This document shows positions 35,688 through 45,068 of a stretch of DNA of 64,000 nucleotides, piece after piece. Below the pieces are notes generated by a model that saw only the letters and a list, made by a program, of their open reading frames with translations, was not told the DNA's origin and did not search any database. Numbering within the stretch: position 1 is the stretch's first letter; every line of letters begins with the position of its first letter. The stretch comes from Oscillospiraceae bacterium (GTDB lineage: Bacteria > Bacillota > Clostridia > Oscillospirales > UBA929). Location: NCBI GenBank assembly GCA_009780275.1, contig WRAI01000007.1:10883-74882 (forward strand). Reading direction: 5' to 3'. The position numbers and the translations under genes are program-made.

Positions 35688-36374
35688 TCATTCTCGTTGT
35701 CCGAATAGCACTGATCCCAATCGCACCATTGTGGCACCTGCCGCAATGGCATCGCGATAGTCGTCGCTCATGCCCATCGAAAGGACATCGAAAGAGTTTA
35801 CAGAATTAGTATACACGCTTTGTTCACGAATGTCAACATAAATTTGCCTCATTTTGGAAAAAAATTTTAGATTGCCTCTGTTGACACCGTTTGACGGTGG
35901 CGGGATTGTCATAAGTCCGCGGATTTTCAGGTTCTTAAAGCGCGAAATTTGCCCAAAAGTTGACATAATTTCTTTTGGCGGAAAACCATATTTGCTATCT
36001 TCATCGCCCATTTTAACTTGTAACAATACGTCCATCACACATCCGATGCGCTTTGCCTCGCTGTCGACAACCTCGGCAAGTCGCAACGAGTCGAGGCTTT
36101 GGATCATATCCACTTTATCAATGATGTCACGCACCTTATTGCGCTGCAAATGCCCGATGAAATGCAAATTCGCACCGTCGTATGCACCGTCACGGTGCTT
36201 GGCAAGCAATTCTTGTACGCGGTTTTCGCCAACAACAGTTATACCGGCTTTGATAGCGCGGATGACTGTATCGCTATTCTGTGTCTTGGTCACGCCGACG
36301 GCAGTGACAGAGCCATAGTCTGCCGTTTGTGCCAGATGGTCGACTTCCATAAGGATGGATTGTATGTTTGTCAT
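35688..36374 (-). CDS. yggS: YggS/YlmE family pyridoxal-phosphate homeostasis protein
   Basis: AVGVTKT, HFIGHLQRNK, SMGMSDDY, VRLGSVLFG. Confidence 0.92.
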   Translation of the reverse strand: MTNIQSILMEVDHLAQTADYGSVTAVGVTKTQNSDTVIRAIKAGITVVGENRVQELLAKHRDGAYDGANLHFIGHLQRNKVRDIIDKVDMIQSLDSLRLAEVVDSEAKRIGCVMDVLLQVKMGDEDSKYGFPPKEIMSTFGQISRFKNLKIRGLMTIPPPSNGVNRGNLKFFSKMRQIYVDIREQSVYTNSVNSFDVLSMGMSDDYRDAIAAGATMVRLGSVLFGQRE

Positions 36375-36435
36375 AGTGTTTATTCTCCTTGGTTGCAGGG
36401 GTAGCAGATTGTCATATGTGAGCGCTTGTTAGCTA

Positions 36436-36550
36436 TCAAAATATTTTCTCATAAAACACGCCCACAATATCATCGTAAGGGCCAACCCTAATCATCCTAT
36501 AACCTAGCTTTTTGTATAAATATTGATTTCCCGCGTCAAGCGCATTTTTA
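36436..36550 (-). pseudogene. possible GNAT C-terminal remnant
   Basis: Own translation: …NALDAGNQYLYKKLGYRMIRVGPYDDIVGVFYEKIF*. It resembles the last ~35 aa of a GNAT (N..A..LY.KLG[FY]). No start codon and no upstream domain. Confidence 0.25.
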
Positions 36551-36551
36551 C

Positions 36552-37787
36552 CTATCCGACCCGTTTCCCGTCATACAACCCTGCACCAATGATTAACTCA
36601 TCGCTATCCCGCAACGCTCGCGGGTCGACGCGGTCAAATTCCAGCAAATAGTACGACTCACTCGAGTAAATAATCTCTACCGGATTCCAACGCGCTATGC
36701 CGGCGACCAGTTCAAACACGCCGGTTTCGCCATATTCGTTGAGATGTAAGGCATTTTTGGGAATGCGCAGCCCGCGGTGTGTGCGGAAGATAATTTCGGC
36801 CGATTGCCGCCGTGCGCGAATGGTGCCCGCCATATTTTCCCGTGAGCGGAAGACGACAACGCTCATGCCATCTTCATCACTGCCCACACGGTCGCGCCAC
36901 ATTTCAATGGTTGCCCAAAGTCCTTGCGAAAAGCGAATGGTGACATCACGCTCCAAACGCTGTGCCTGCTCAGTCGGCATAATGGCGGCGAAATACCAAT
37001 GGAACTCCGGCACCAACTTACCAAGCACGCGTTCGCTGTCCACCTCGCGGCGCAAATTTGACAGGTCCCGTAGCATCGCGACAGTAATATTCTGCCGCAT
37101 GCCGGGGTATAAAATCTCTTCATAGCCATCAACGTACGCCGAAAAAAATGCCGGCGGCAGCGTGTTGGTAATCGTGCTCTCCGCCGCCCGCTGCAAAGCT
37201 TGCAGTTCGCGTAGTTCGTCTTCAACTTGAGTGATCATAACATTGATGACGGCAGCATCTTCAAATGTGTGCTCGCGCAAAAACATCAGTCGCCGTAAAT
37301 CCTGACTTTCGCCGTACAACTCGTAGGTAGCGCCTGTGTCAACGGCGTGCGCCAACACGGACAGTTGCTCAAAAATCAGCTGGTCCAGCGCGCTGGCGTC
37401 GGCAACAGTATCGGCATTGTCACGGATATTGCGCAGCATCTCCAGCCGCGCGTCCAGTGCGTGAATGCGCGCGGTGTGCTCTAAATCTTCAATCCGTTCG
37501 TACAGCGAGGCGAGCAATTGCCCTGTGCCGACCCTTGTACCCTCATCAACGTGCAGCTGTATCACACCCGGCGCGCGCGGCAGCACTGTTTCGTTGCGGA
37601 TAAAATAGCCGTCAATGTTCAACGTCTCCTCTGACGTGTGCATGATGGGATTGACCAAAATGACGGGGTCGTTAATAAATCCTATCAAATGATACCCCAT
37701 AAAAAACAACACAAAAAGAGCCAGCAAAAAGCACATGAGCTTAATGATGGGGTGGTCTTGTCGTTTATTGAGTGGTTTTTTTGGCAT
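36552..37787 (-). CDS. HlyD-family-like membrane-anchored protein
   Basis: N-terminal TM, then a biotinyl-lipoyl-like motif (IQLHVDEGTRVGTGQLLASLY), a long coiled coil and a beta-barrel region. Confidence 0.65.
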   Translation of the reverse strand: MPKKPLNKRQDHPIIKLMCFLLALFVLFFMGYHLIGFINDPVILVNPIMHTSEETLNIDGYFIRNETVLPRAPGVIQLHVDEGTRVGTGQLLASLYERIEDLEHTARIHALDARLEMLRNIRDNADTVADASALDQLIFEQLSVLAHAVDTGATYELYGESQDLRRLMFLREHTFEDAAVINVMITQVEDELRELQALQRAAESTITNTLPPAFFSAYVDGYEEILYPGMRQNITVAMLRDLSNLRREVDSERVLGKLVPEFHWYFAAIMPTEQAQRLERDVTIRFSQGLWATIEMWRDRVGSDEDGMSVVVFRSRENMAGTIRARRQSAEIIFRTHRGLRIPKNALHLNEYGETGVFELVAGIARWNPVEIIYSSESYYLLEFDRVDPRALRDSDELIIGAGLYDGKRVG

Positions 37788-37831
37788 AATTTTCTCCTCT
37801 TATGTTAAGGCGCGATGAGGGCATCATATCT

Positions 37832-38677
37832 CTACACATCAATCCATCGCATATCATTTTCCCGCGCCAACCACGTCATCTGCCGTTTGGCATACCGTCG
37901 TGTGTTCTGCTTACACTGCGAGACGGCCTCTTCCAATGGCAACTTGTTCTGAATAACACCGATAAACTCTTTGTATCCGATCGCCTGCATAGCCTGCGAT
38001 GACGGACTTACGCTGTTGTCAAGCAAACCTCGAATCTCATCAAGCAAACCGCTCTCGATCATAGCATCCACGCGCCGTTCAATTCGGTCGTATAAAACAG
38101 CGCGGTCACAGCGCAACGCCAAAACTTCGGCGTCAAAACGCGGTGCACCATGAGCTTCAAAACTCGATAGCGGCTTGCCCGACAGCTCGAAGACTTCTAA
38201 AGCACGAATGACGCGGCGTTTGTTGTTGACAGGAATATTAGCAGCCGAAACAGGGTCAACAACGGCAAGCCTATCGTGCAAATCTTGGCCGTCGTGTAAG
38301 TCTAGTCTAGCTCGAAGGGCCAAGTCGCCTTTCGGCGCGTCTGAAAGCCCACGGTACAGCGAACGCCAATAAAATCCCGTGCCGCCGCACACAACGGCCG
38401 CCTTGCCGCGTTGCCGGATGTCTTCAATGCATTGTAAAGCCTCATCGGCATAACGTGCGGCAGTGTATGACTCACGCGGGTCGGCGATGTCGAGCATATG
38501 GTGAGGGATTTCGGCGCGGTCTTGCCGTGTGGGTTTTGCTGTGCCGATGTCCATGCCGCGATAAATTTGCGCCGAATCACAGCTGACAATTTCTCCGTTA
38601 TGTTTACACGCCAGTTGCATGGCAAGCGCGCTTTTGCCAGATGCCGTCGGCCCGAGGATGGCAATGACATGGCTCAT
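37832..38677 (-). CDS. miaA: tRNA dimethylallyltransferase MiaA
   Basis: IAILGPTASGKSALA P-loop, GTAKPT, GGTGFY. Confidence 0.93.
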   Translation of the reverse strand: MSHVIAILGPTASGKSALAMQLACKHNGEIVSCDSAQIYRGMDIGTAKPTRQDRAEIPHHMLDIADPRESYTAARYADEALQCIEDIRQRGKAAVVCGGTGFYWRSLYRGLSDAPKGDLALRARLDLHDGQDLHDRLAVVDPVSAANIPVNNKRRVIRALEVFELSGKPLSSFEAHGAPRFDAEVLALRCDRAVLYDRIERRVDAMIESGLLDEIRGLLDNSVSPSSQAMQAIGYKEFIGVIQNKLPLEEAVSQCKQNTRRYAKRQMTWLARENDMRWIDV

Positions 38678-39195
38678 AATTGCACCACGTAGCGAATATT
38701 GGTAATGTTGCGCCCTGCAAAATGCATAGGGTTACATGTGCCCTCAGACGTGAAACCAAGCCGTGCATACGCTTTCTGCGCGCGTAGGTTGTTGTCCAGC
38801 ACCCATAGGTATGCAGTCTTGTACCCGTCAAAGCGCAGGTGTTCCATCGCTTTTGATATCATTGCATGGCCGAGATTTTGTCCCCAAAATTCGGGTAGCA
38901 TATAGCAAGAGCAAATTTCGCCGTCATCAGGCCAACGCTCGTCCTGTGAGTGGCCGTAGTGCAATGCGCCAATAACTACGCCGTCAACTGCGCACACCAA
39001 CCCACGCGGTGCAGGCACGTGTTCCCCGTTAAAATTTTTGGTAAATGTTTCTACCCAATGGTCGTCGGCCAAATTGTCTAAATACTCATCGCTCAACGTG
39101 CCGCGAAATGCTGTACGCCAAGATGTGGCATATACATATGACATACGCGGCACATCCCCAATGTGTGCGTGTCTTATGATATAATCCATGCTCAT
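38674..39195 (-). CDS. GNAT family N-acetyltransferase
   Basis: YMLPEFWGQNLGHAMISKAM…NLRAQKAYARLGF. 4-nt overlaps with both mutL (upstream) and miaA (downstream). Confidence 0.85.
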   Translation of the reverse strand: MSMDYIIRHAHIGDVPRMSYVYATSWRTAFRGTLSDEYLDNLADDHWVETFTKNFNGEHVPAPRGLVCAVDGVVIGALHYGHSQDERWPDDGEICSCYMLPEFWGQNLGHAMISKAMEHLRFDGYKTAYLWVLDNNLRAQKAYARLGFTSEGTCNPMHFAGRNITNIRYVVQL

Positions 39196-41081
39196 GCCCT
39201 CAAAAATAATTTTTCGATTGCCTTACGGCTCAATGCCACCAAAACAGGTCGCCCGTGTGGGCAATAACGCAAGTCGGGATTGCCCATCACAGCATTGGCG
39301 AGTGACTCAATTTCGGCGTATTGGCTGCTGCCGCCAACTTTGATAGCTGCTTTGCACGCCAGTTGTTTCAATGCCTCGTCGCGCGTGCGCAACTGCTTGG
39401 TGCGATGACCGTTTTGCAATAGCGTTGCCACTTCATCGAGCATGGCCGTCGCCTGTGAAGGGTCGATGTCATGCGGAATAGCGCGCAAAAGCAAGCTTCC
39501 ATCGCCATAATCTTCTAACTCAAAGCCGATTTTTGCCAGCAATTCTTGTTGCTGTGTCAAAATGGCCCATTGGGTTGGCTCACACCGCACGACAATGGGT
39601 GCAAGGAGTTGTTGCGACAAGATTTCCGGCTGACTGTCACGCCATTTTTCATAGAGAATACGTTCATGCGCGGCGTGCTTGTCTAACAGCAGAATTTGCC
39701 CTTCCTCTTCGATGAGGATATAGCCGCCCAACGCCTCACCGATAACGCGGCAGGGGGTGATGGGGTCGAGAGTTGTTTGTGGTGATGATGTGGGGGTCGT
39801 GTAGGGCGCGGTGTCTTCAGTGCGTTGTGCCTCGGTATGTAAGGGCGCGCATGGCGTATCTGTAATAGATGGTGGTGTGGGTGAACTTTGTGGGACGCTT
39901 GGGGTAGCGTCCCCTATAACATCTGCATTTCGTACGAATGGCACAATCGATTGCTGCAATGTCATTTGTGGTGATGGCGCATAGGGCGTAATATTTTCAT
40001 TACGACGTTCATTTGCGTCCTGTCGCGGGATGCTCGGGTGTGAATCCCCTGCGGGCGTTTCAACGCTCCTAAAATCCGGGCGCACAACACCGTCTGTCAT
40101 TTGCAAAGCGTTCCGCACGGCGATATATATCGCCTCGAAGACTGTTTTTTCGCGCATGAATTTGACTTCCGATTTTGCCGGGTGTACATTGATATCGCAG
40201 TCGCCGGGGTCGATATCTAAATGCAGTACGCATATGGGAAACCGCCCCGATATGATCGTTTTGCTGTACGCCTCTTCAAGTGCCGCCATCATGACTTTGG
40301 CACTGACAGGCCGTCCATTGACAATGAAAATCTGCATGGCACGGTTGCCGCGCGCAATGGATGGATTGCCGGTAAAACCCGTAACACCAATGCCATCGTA
40401 GGTGTCACCGACAGTCAGCATATTGTTGGCAATGTCGCGCCCGTAGAGGCAGTAAATTGCAGACTGCAAGTTGTTGTCGCCCGGCGTTTGAAAGATTTCC
40501 TGCCCGTCTTTGATAAATCGCACTGAAATTTCAGGGTGTGCCAACGCTGCCCGCATGACGGCGCTTTGTATGTAACCCGCCTCAGTGGAGTCCTTTTTGA
40601 GGAACTTATAGCGAGCGGGAATGTTATAAAACAAATCGCGCACCGTGACAGTTGTGCCAATCGGGCAGCCAACGTTTTGCACATCAATGACATTTGACGC
40701 CTCAACGCGGATTTCATGTCCGATTTCGCTACCCTGCTGCCGTGATGTCATCGTTGCACGGCTGACGGCGGATAAGGCTGCCAATGCCTCGCCGCGGAAG
40801 CCCAGCGTCACAATGGCATCAAGGTCTTCCGCCTGCGTGATTTTGCTGGTGGCATGCCGCTCAAATGCCATACGCATATCATCAGCATCCATGCCGTGGC
40901 CATCATCGGTAACGCGCATAAATACCACGCCGCCCTTCTCGATTTCAACGGTAATGCGTTGAGCATGGGCGTCAATGGCGTTTTCGAGCAATTCTTTGAC
41001 AGCGTTTGCCGGGCGCTCAACAACTTCGCCGGCAGCAATCATGTCGGCGATGTGTTGTGGTAATTTGCGTATGTTTGGCAT
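39192..41081 (-). CDS. mutL: DNA mismatch repair protein MutL
   Basis: IAAGEVVERPANAVKELLENAIDA, DDGHGM, GFRGEAL. C-terminal dimerisation domain with CPHGRP. Confidence 0.96.
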   Translation of the reverse strand: MPNIRKLPQHIADMIAAGEVVERPANAVKELLENAIDAHAQRITVEIEKGGVVFMRVTDDGHGMDADDMRMAFERHATSKITQAEDLDAIVTLGFRGEALAALSAVSRATMTSRQQGSEIGHEIRVEASNVIDVQNVGCPIGTTVTVRDLFYNIPARYKFLKKDSTEAGYIQSAVMRAALAHPEISVRFIKDGQEIFQTPGDNNLQSAIYCLYGRDIANNMLTVGDTYDGIGVTGFTGNPSIARGNRAMQIFIVNGRPVSAKVMMAALEEAYSKTIISGRFPICVLHLDIDPGDCDINVHPAKSEVKFMREKTVFEAIYIAVRNALQMTDGVVRPDFRSVETPAGDSHPSIPRQDANERRNENITPYAPSPQMTLQQSIVPFVRNADVIGDATPSVPQSSPTPPSITDTPCAPLHTEAQRTEDTAPYTTPTSSPQTTLDPITPCRVIGEALGGYILIEEEGQILLLDKHAAHERILYEKWRDSQPEILSQQLLAPIVVRCEPTQWAILTQQQELLAKIGFELEDYGDGSLLLRAIPHDIDPSQATAMLDEVATLLQNGHRTKQLRTRDEALKQLACKAAIKVGGSSQYAEIESLANAVMGNPDLRYCPHGRPVLVALSRKAIEKLFLRA

Positions 41082-41110
41082 GGAGTTTACCTCGAAATTC
41101 GGGGAAATCG

Positions 41111-41135
41111 TAGGGGCGGCATTCTGCCGTCCCTA
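41111..41135. repeat. GC-rich 'GTAGGGGCG' intergenic hairpin
   Basis: TAGGGGCGGCA-TTC-TGCCGTCCCTA, between the XRE gene stop and the mutL start. Confidence 0.5.
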
Positions 41136-41157
41136 ACATATATAGATTACCATAATT

Positions 41158-41400
41158 CTACGCATCTAGCAAGTGGTTGACGGTGACATTCAACGCATTT
41201 GCCAAAAATACGACTTCAAAGTCTTGCACAAGGCGGTGTTGTCCCTCCAAACGCGACAACCCTGTCGCGCTGATGTCCATGCCAAGCACTTGCAATTGTG
41301 CGAGAAAATCCTTTTGTTTAATTTTGCGTTTGGTTCGCAGTGTATAGACTTTCGCGCCGACAATATTTTTGTCGCCGAGTAATACTTGCCGTGGCTTCAT
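41158..41400 (-). CDS. XRE family helix-turn-helix transcriptional regulator
   Basis: 80 aa, HTH_3 pattern (VYTLRTKRKIKQKDFLAQLQVLGMDISATGLSRLEGQ). Confidence 0.8.
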   Translation of the reverse strand: MKPRQVLLGDKNIVGAKVYTLRTKRKIKQKDFLAQLQVLGMDISATGLSRLEGQHRLVQDFEVVFLANALNVTVNHLLDA

Positions 41401-41517
41401 TCGTCATCGCCCCCTCCCTACGATGAGTGTAAAGCGAAAGGGGGTTGACTTACTGCGAATTATGCAGTAAAATAAAAAAATAATGCGATAAACGCACTAT
41501 TGGGGGAGGCAATACAG

Positions 41518-41922
41518 ATGGATAAATTTTGCAGAACGTGCGGCGGAGAACTTACGCAGGGGGCAGGGTTTTGTTCGTCATGCGGTAACGCAGTAGGGGA
41601 AAATGCTGCTGTGGTGAAGCTACAAATTAACAGAGATACAATCGGCATAGTGCTAATAATTCTTGGGACGATAGGGGTAGTGTCGGCAGGCATTATTATG
41701 TTTTTGGAGTATTTGCGTTGGCAGGAGCGATTTGGTGACTGGATCCCGTACAGACCGTCCGACAGATTGGTTGCGGCGATGGTTATATCGGGTGTAACCG
41801 AGTTCGTCGGGAATATGTTGTATGAAAAGACGCGTTATAGGGTGCTTCTCTTTTTGATAGGTGTGGCTATTTTTGGGATGTTTGCGCTTGTTGTATGGGG
41901 CGTGTTTTCGGTGGGGGCGTGA
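41518..41922 (+). CDS. zinc-ribbon domain membrane protein
   Basis: MDKFCRTCGGELTQGAGFCSSCGN, followed by three or four hydrophobic segments. Divergent from the XRE gene. Confidence 0.7.
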   Translation: MDKFCRTCGGELTQGAGFCSSCGNAVGENAAVVKLQINRDTIGIVLIILGTIGVVSAGIIMFLEYLRWQERFGDWIPYRPSDRLVAAMVISGVTEFVGNMLYEKTRYRVLLFLIGVAIFGMFALVVWGVFSVGA

Positions 41923-41964
41923 TTTGTAGTGACATAAACAATCACAACGAAACGTCAACTGTAT

Positions 41965-41991
41965 ATGCACGGGCGGCAGATTGCCGTGCAT
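41965..41991. repeat. GC-rich hairpin related to 41111..41135
   Basis: ATGCACGGGCGGCA-GAT-TGCCGTGCAT. It shares the core GGGCGGCA-N3-TGCCGT with 41111..41135, in the same orientation. Confidence 0.45.
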
Positions 41992-42008
41992 TAACGAGAT
42001 ATACCACC

Positions 42009-44597
42009 TCACGCCCTCACGTCCCGCGCCTTTCCATGCAGCTCCGCCAACGTATTCATTGCTTCAATCGGCGTCAATGTATCCGGTGCAATGCTTGCCA
42101 GTTGCAGTACAAGCTCCAATGCCGACAGATCGGCCAGCGACAACTGCGGCTTTTCGGCAACAGCTTCGCCTGATGTTTCAATTCTCGCCGCGTTGTCTTC
42201 CAAGGTTTTTAGCAACGTCTGCGCACGAGTGACAACAGTTTTCGGCAATCCTGCCAATTTGGCTACTTCTACGCCGTAGCTGCCCTCTGCCGCGCCGCGC
42301 ACGACTTTGCGCAAGAATACAATATCCTCGCCGCGTTTTTTCGCCGTGACGTTGTAATTCACAACATTGGACAGGTCGCGTTCCATGTCGGTCAGCTCGT
42401 GATAGTGTGTGGCAAAGAGCGAACGTGCGCCGATTTTCTTGGCGATATGTTCCAGCACGGCCTGCGCAACAGCCATGCCGTCAAAGGTGGAGGTGCCGCG
42501 TCCGATTTCGTCCAAAATCAGCAGGCTTTTGGGCGTGGCGTGTGTCAAAATGTGCGACACTTCCGTCATTTCTACCATGAAAGTCGAGCGCCCGCCTGTT
42601 AAATCATCGCTGGCACCGATGCGCGTGAAAACGGCGTCTACCATGCCGATCATCGCCTCTTTTGCCGGCACGAAAAAGCCCATTTGCGCCATGAGCGCAA
42701 TCAGCGCGACCTGCCGCATATAGGTTGACTTACCCGCCATGTTGGGGCCGGTGATGATGGCAATCGTCTCTTCATGGCGGTCAAGCAGTGTGTCGTTGGG
42801 CACAAAGGGCGCGTCGCGCAATAACGCCTCAACAACAGGATGCCGTCCCTCGCGGATGTTGATGGCGTCGCCGTCATTACAGTATGGGCGGCAGTAGTCG
42901 TTTGCCACAGCCACGGCCGCCGCGCTGCATAATACGTCTAGCTCGGCAATGGCGGTGGCAGTGCGGCGAATGCGCTCGGCGTGCTTGGCGACGTCAACGC
43001 GCAACTTGGCAAAAAGCTCTTCTTCAAGTGCTTGCAAGCGGTCTTTTGCCGTTAGGATGGTGGCCTCCATCTCTTTAAGCTCCGGCGTGATAAATCGCTC
43101 ACAGTTGACCAGTGTTTGCTTGCGGTCGTAGTGCGCTGGGGCTTTGTCGCTGTGCAGTTTTGAGATTTCAATATAATAGCCAAACACACGGTTGTAGCTG
43201 ACTTTCAAGGCTTTAATGCCGGTGCGCTCACGTTCAGCCGTTTCCATATTGGCAACCAATTCCTTGGTATCGCGCATAATGGTGCGCAGGTCATCGACCT
43301 CTTGGTGGCAGCCGTGTTTAATCAGCCCACCTTCGGACAATTTCAACGGCGGTGTATCGACAAGCACTTCGTTAATCATTAGTGCGATATCATTGAGTGG
43401 CTCAATACGCGTATCAATATCAAGCAATAATTGCCCTTTGAATGCCGTAGTCTGCTGTTTCAACAACGCCACTTGCAGACAAGCCGCCGACAGTGCTGTG
43501 ACATCACGCGCATTGGCGGTGTTGGCGCAAATGCGTGCGATGAGGCGCTCCATGTCGGCCATCGATTTCATAGCATCCATGCATTCACTGCGCAGCATAG
43601 TGTTTCCGTGCAGCGTTTGCACTGCGTCAAGCCGAGCGCTGACGGCATCAGTCGAACGCAGTGGGCGGTCAATACGATTGCGCAACAGCCGCTTACCCAT
43701 CGGTGTGACTGTCTTGTCCAATACACTCAGCAAACTGCCGCGTTTGCCGCCCGAAAGGCTTTCGGTCAACTCTAAATGTCTGCGGGATGAAGCGTCGAGC
43801 GAAACGTAGAGTTCGGGTCGATAAATTTGCAACTTATCAAGCAGCCCGTCAAGCTGTTGCTGCGTCTTACGCAAATACGCCGTCGTCGCGCCGACAGCCG
43901 TTATCAGCCAATCGTCGCCGTGAATGTTGTTGCCAAAGAGTTCTTCGGCGGCTTTTCGCGCCGTTTTCAACTGCCACGCCTCATCATCGGTGCGCGAAAT
44001 AGCGGCCGGATGCGTCGTCAAACAATCACCCCACGGCTCAGCGGTTTTGGCAAGGATAATTTCCCGCGGATTAAATCGCGCCAATTCATCGCACAGCGCG
44101 GCAACGCCATCTTCTTTTGATAACGATGTGGCGAAAATTTGCCCCGCCGAAATGTCGGCAAAGCACAATCCCACGCCGTCTTCGTTAAATGCTAAGGCGC
44201 AGAGATAATTGTTGGTGCTCTCGTCCAAACAGGTGCTTTCAGTGACCGTACCGGGCGTGAGATAGCGCACAACTTTGCGCTCAACCAATCCTTTGGCAAG
44301 TGCCGGGTCGCCCATCTGCTCACAAACGGCAATGCTATACCCGCGCTCGATTAGCCGCGCGATGTACGCTTCGCTCGAATGATACGGTACGCCGCACATC
44401 TGTGTCTGTTCCTCGGGCGGCACGTTTCTGTCACGCGTCGTCAGCACCAAATCAAGCTCAGAGCTGACCAAACGCGCGTCATGGTCAAACATCTCGTAAA
44501 AGTCGCCCAGCCGATAAAACAGGATATAACCCTCGTTTTCGTTCTTGAGGTCGTAGTATTGTTGCATCATGGGCGTTAAGGGTTTCTTTTGTGACAT
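42009..44597 (-). CDS. mutS: DNA mismatch repair protein MutS
   Basis: TPMMQQYYDLK, Walker A GPNMAGKST, DEIGRGTSTFDG. Start at MSQKKPLTP. Confidence 0.97.
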   Translation of the reverse strand: MSQKKPLTPMMQQYYDLKNENEGYILFYRLGDFYEMFDHDARLVSSELDLVLTTRDRNVPPEEQTQMCGVPYHSSEAYIARLIERGYSIAVCEQMGDPALAKGLVERKVVRYLTPGTVTESTCLDESTNNYLCALAFNEDGVGLCFADISAGQIFATSLSKEDGVAALCDELARFNPREIILAKTAEPWGDCLTTHPAAISRTDDEAWQLKTARKAAEELFGNNIHGDDWLITAVGATTAYLRKTQQQLDGLLDKLQIYRPELYVSLDASSRRHLELTESLSGGKRGSLLSVLDKTVTPMGKRLLRNRIDRPLRSTDAVSARLDAVQTLHGNTMLRSECMDAMKSMADMERLIARICANTANARDVTALSAACLQVALLKQQTTAFKGQLLLDIDTRIEPLNDIALMINEVLVDTPPLKLSEGGLIKHGCHQEVDDLRTIMRDTKELVANMETAERERTGIKALKVSYNRVFGYYIEISKLHSDKAPAHYDRKQTLVNCERFITPELKEMEATILTAKDRLQALEEELFAKLRVDVAKHAERIRRTATAIAELDVLCSAAAVAVANDYCRPYCNDGDAINIREGRHPVVEALLRDAPFVPNDTLLDRHEETIAIITGPNMAGKSTYMRQVALIALMAQMGFFVPAKEAMIGMVDAVFTRIGASDDLTGGRSTFMVEMTEVSHILTHATPKSLLILDEIGRGTSTFDGMAVAQAVLEHIAKKIGARSLFATHYHELTDMERDLSNVVNYNVTAKKRGEDIVFLRKVVRGAAEGSYGVEVAKLAGLPKTVVTRAQTLLKTLEDNAARIETSGEAVAEKPQLSLADLSALELVLQLASIAPDTLTPIEAMNTLAELHGKARDVRA

Positions 44598-44623
44598 GGG
44601 TGTTGCTCCTTTTTGTGTGAAAA

Positions 44624-44687
44624 TCGCGCACGGCGCGGACAGGAAAATCACCCGTCCTGTGGGACACCCTCTTTTCCGAAAGAGGGC
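44624..44687. repeat. left arm of the multi-hairpin inverted repeat flanking the DUF559 gene
   Basis: Its reverse complement reads GCCCTCTTTCGGAAAAGAGGGTG-TCCCACAGGA-CGGGTGATTTTC-CTGTC-CGCGCCGTGCGCGA. It aligns with 45069..45135. Confidence 0.8.
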
Positions 44688-44697
44688 AAGATAGGGA

Positions 44698-45048
44698 TTA
44701 GCGTGAAATTAATTGTTGTTGGATAACGTTGCAGACGCTTTGAAAAGATGTATCTACTTCTGTATTGGAGAATCGCAAAACATGTAAGCCTAAGCCGTTG
44801 AGATAGTTTGTGCGTATAGCGTCGTAGTCTTTACCTACGTCAGTGTAATGGTGCTGCCCATCCAGTTCGATGACTAGCTTCTGTGAGTGACAGATAAAAT
44901 CAACAATATAACTGCCTATGATGGCTTGTCGTAAAAAACGGCGAGGGTGTGTACGTAAGAATCCATACCAAAGTTTATTTTCTTGCGGTGTAGCATTATT
45001 GCGCAAGTCACGTGCCCGTTGTTTTAATTTTTGGTTGTAAAGAAACAT
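44698..45048 (-). CDS. DUF559 domain endonuclease-like protein (Vsr/PD-(D/E)XK-like fold)
   Basis: ARDLRNNATPQENKLWYGFLRTHPRRFLRQAIIGSYIVDFICHSQKLVIELDGQHH…LRFSNTEV. Start at MFLYNQ. A+T-rich relative to its neighbours. Confidence 0.85.
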   Translation of the reverse strand: MFLYNQKLKQRARDLRNNATPQENKLWYGFLRTHPRRFLRQAIIGSYIVDFICHSQKLVIELDGQHHYTDVGKDYDAIRTNYLNGLGLHVLRFSNTEVDTSFQSVCNVIQQQLISR

Positions 45049-45068
45049 TCTAGTTTCGTTCCCTCCTC

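Noticed and set aside
43216-43809. 197-aa plus-strand ORF and several others (42409..42723, 43431..43775, 43827..44120) opposite mutS
   Set aside because: These are shadow ORFs inside a full-length MutS gene, with low-complexity Ser/Arg-rich translations.
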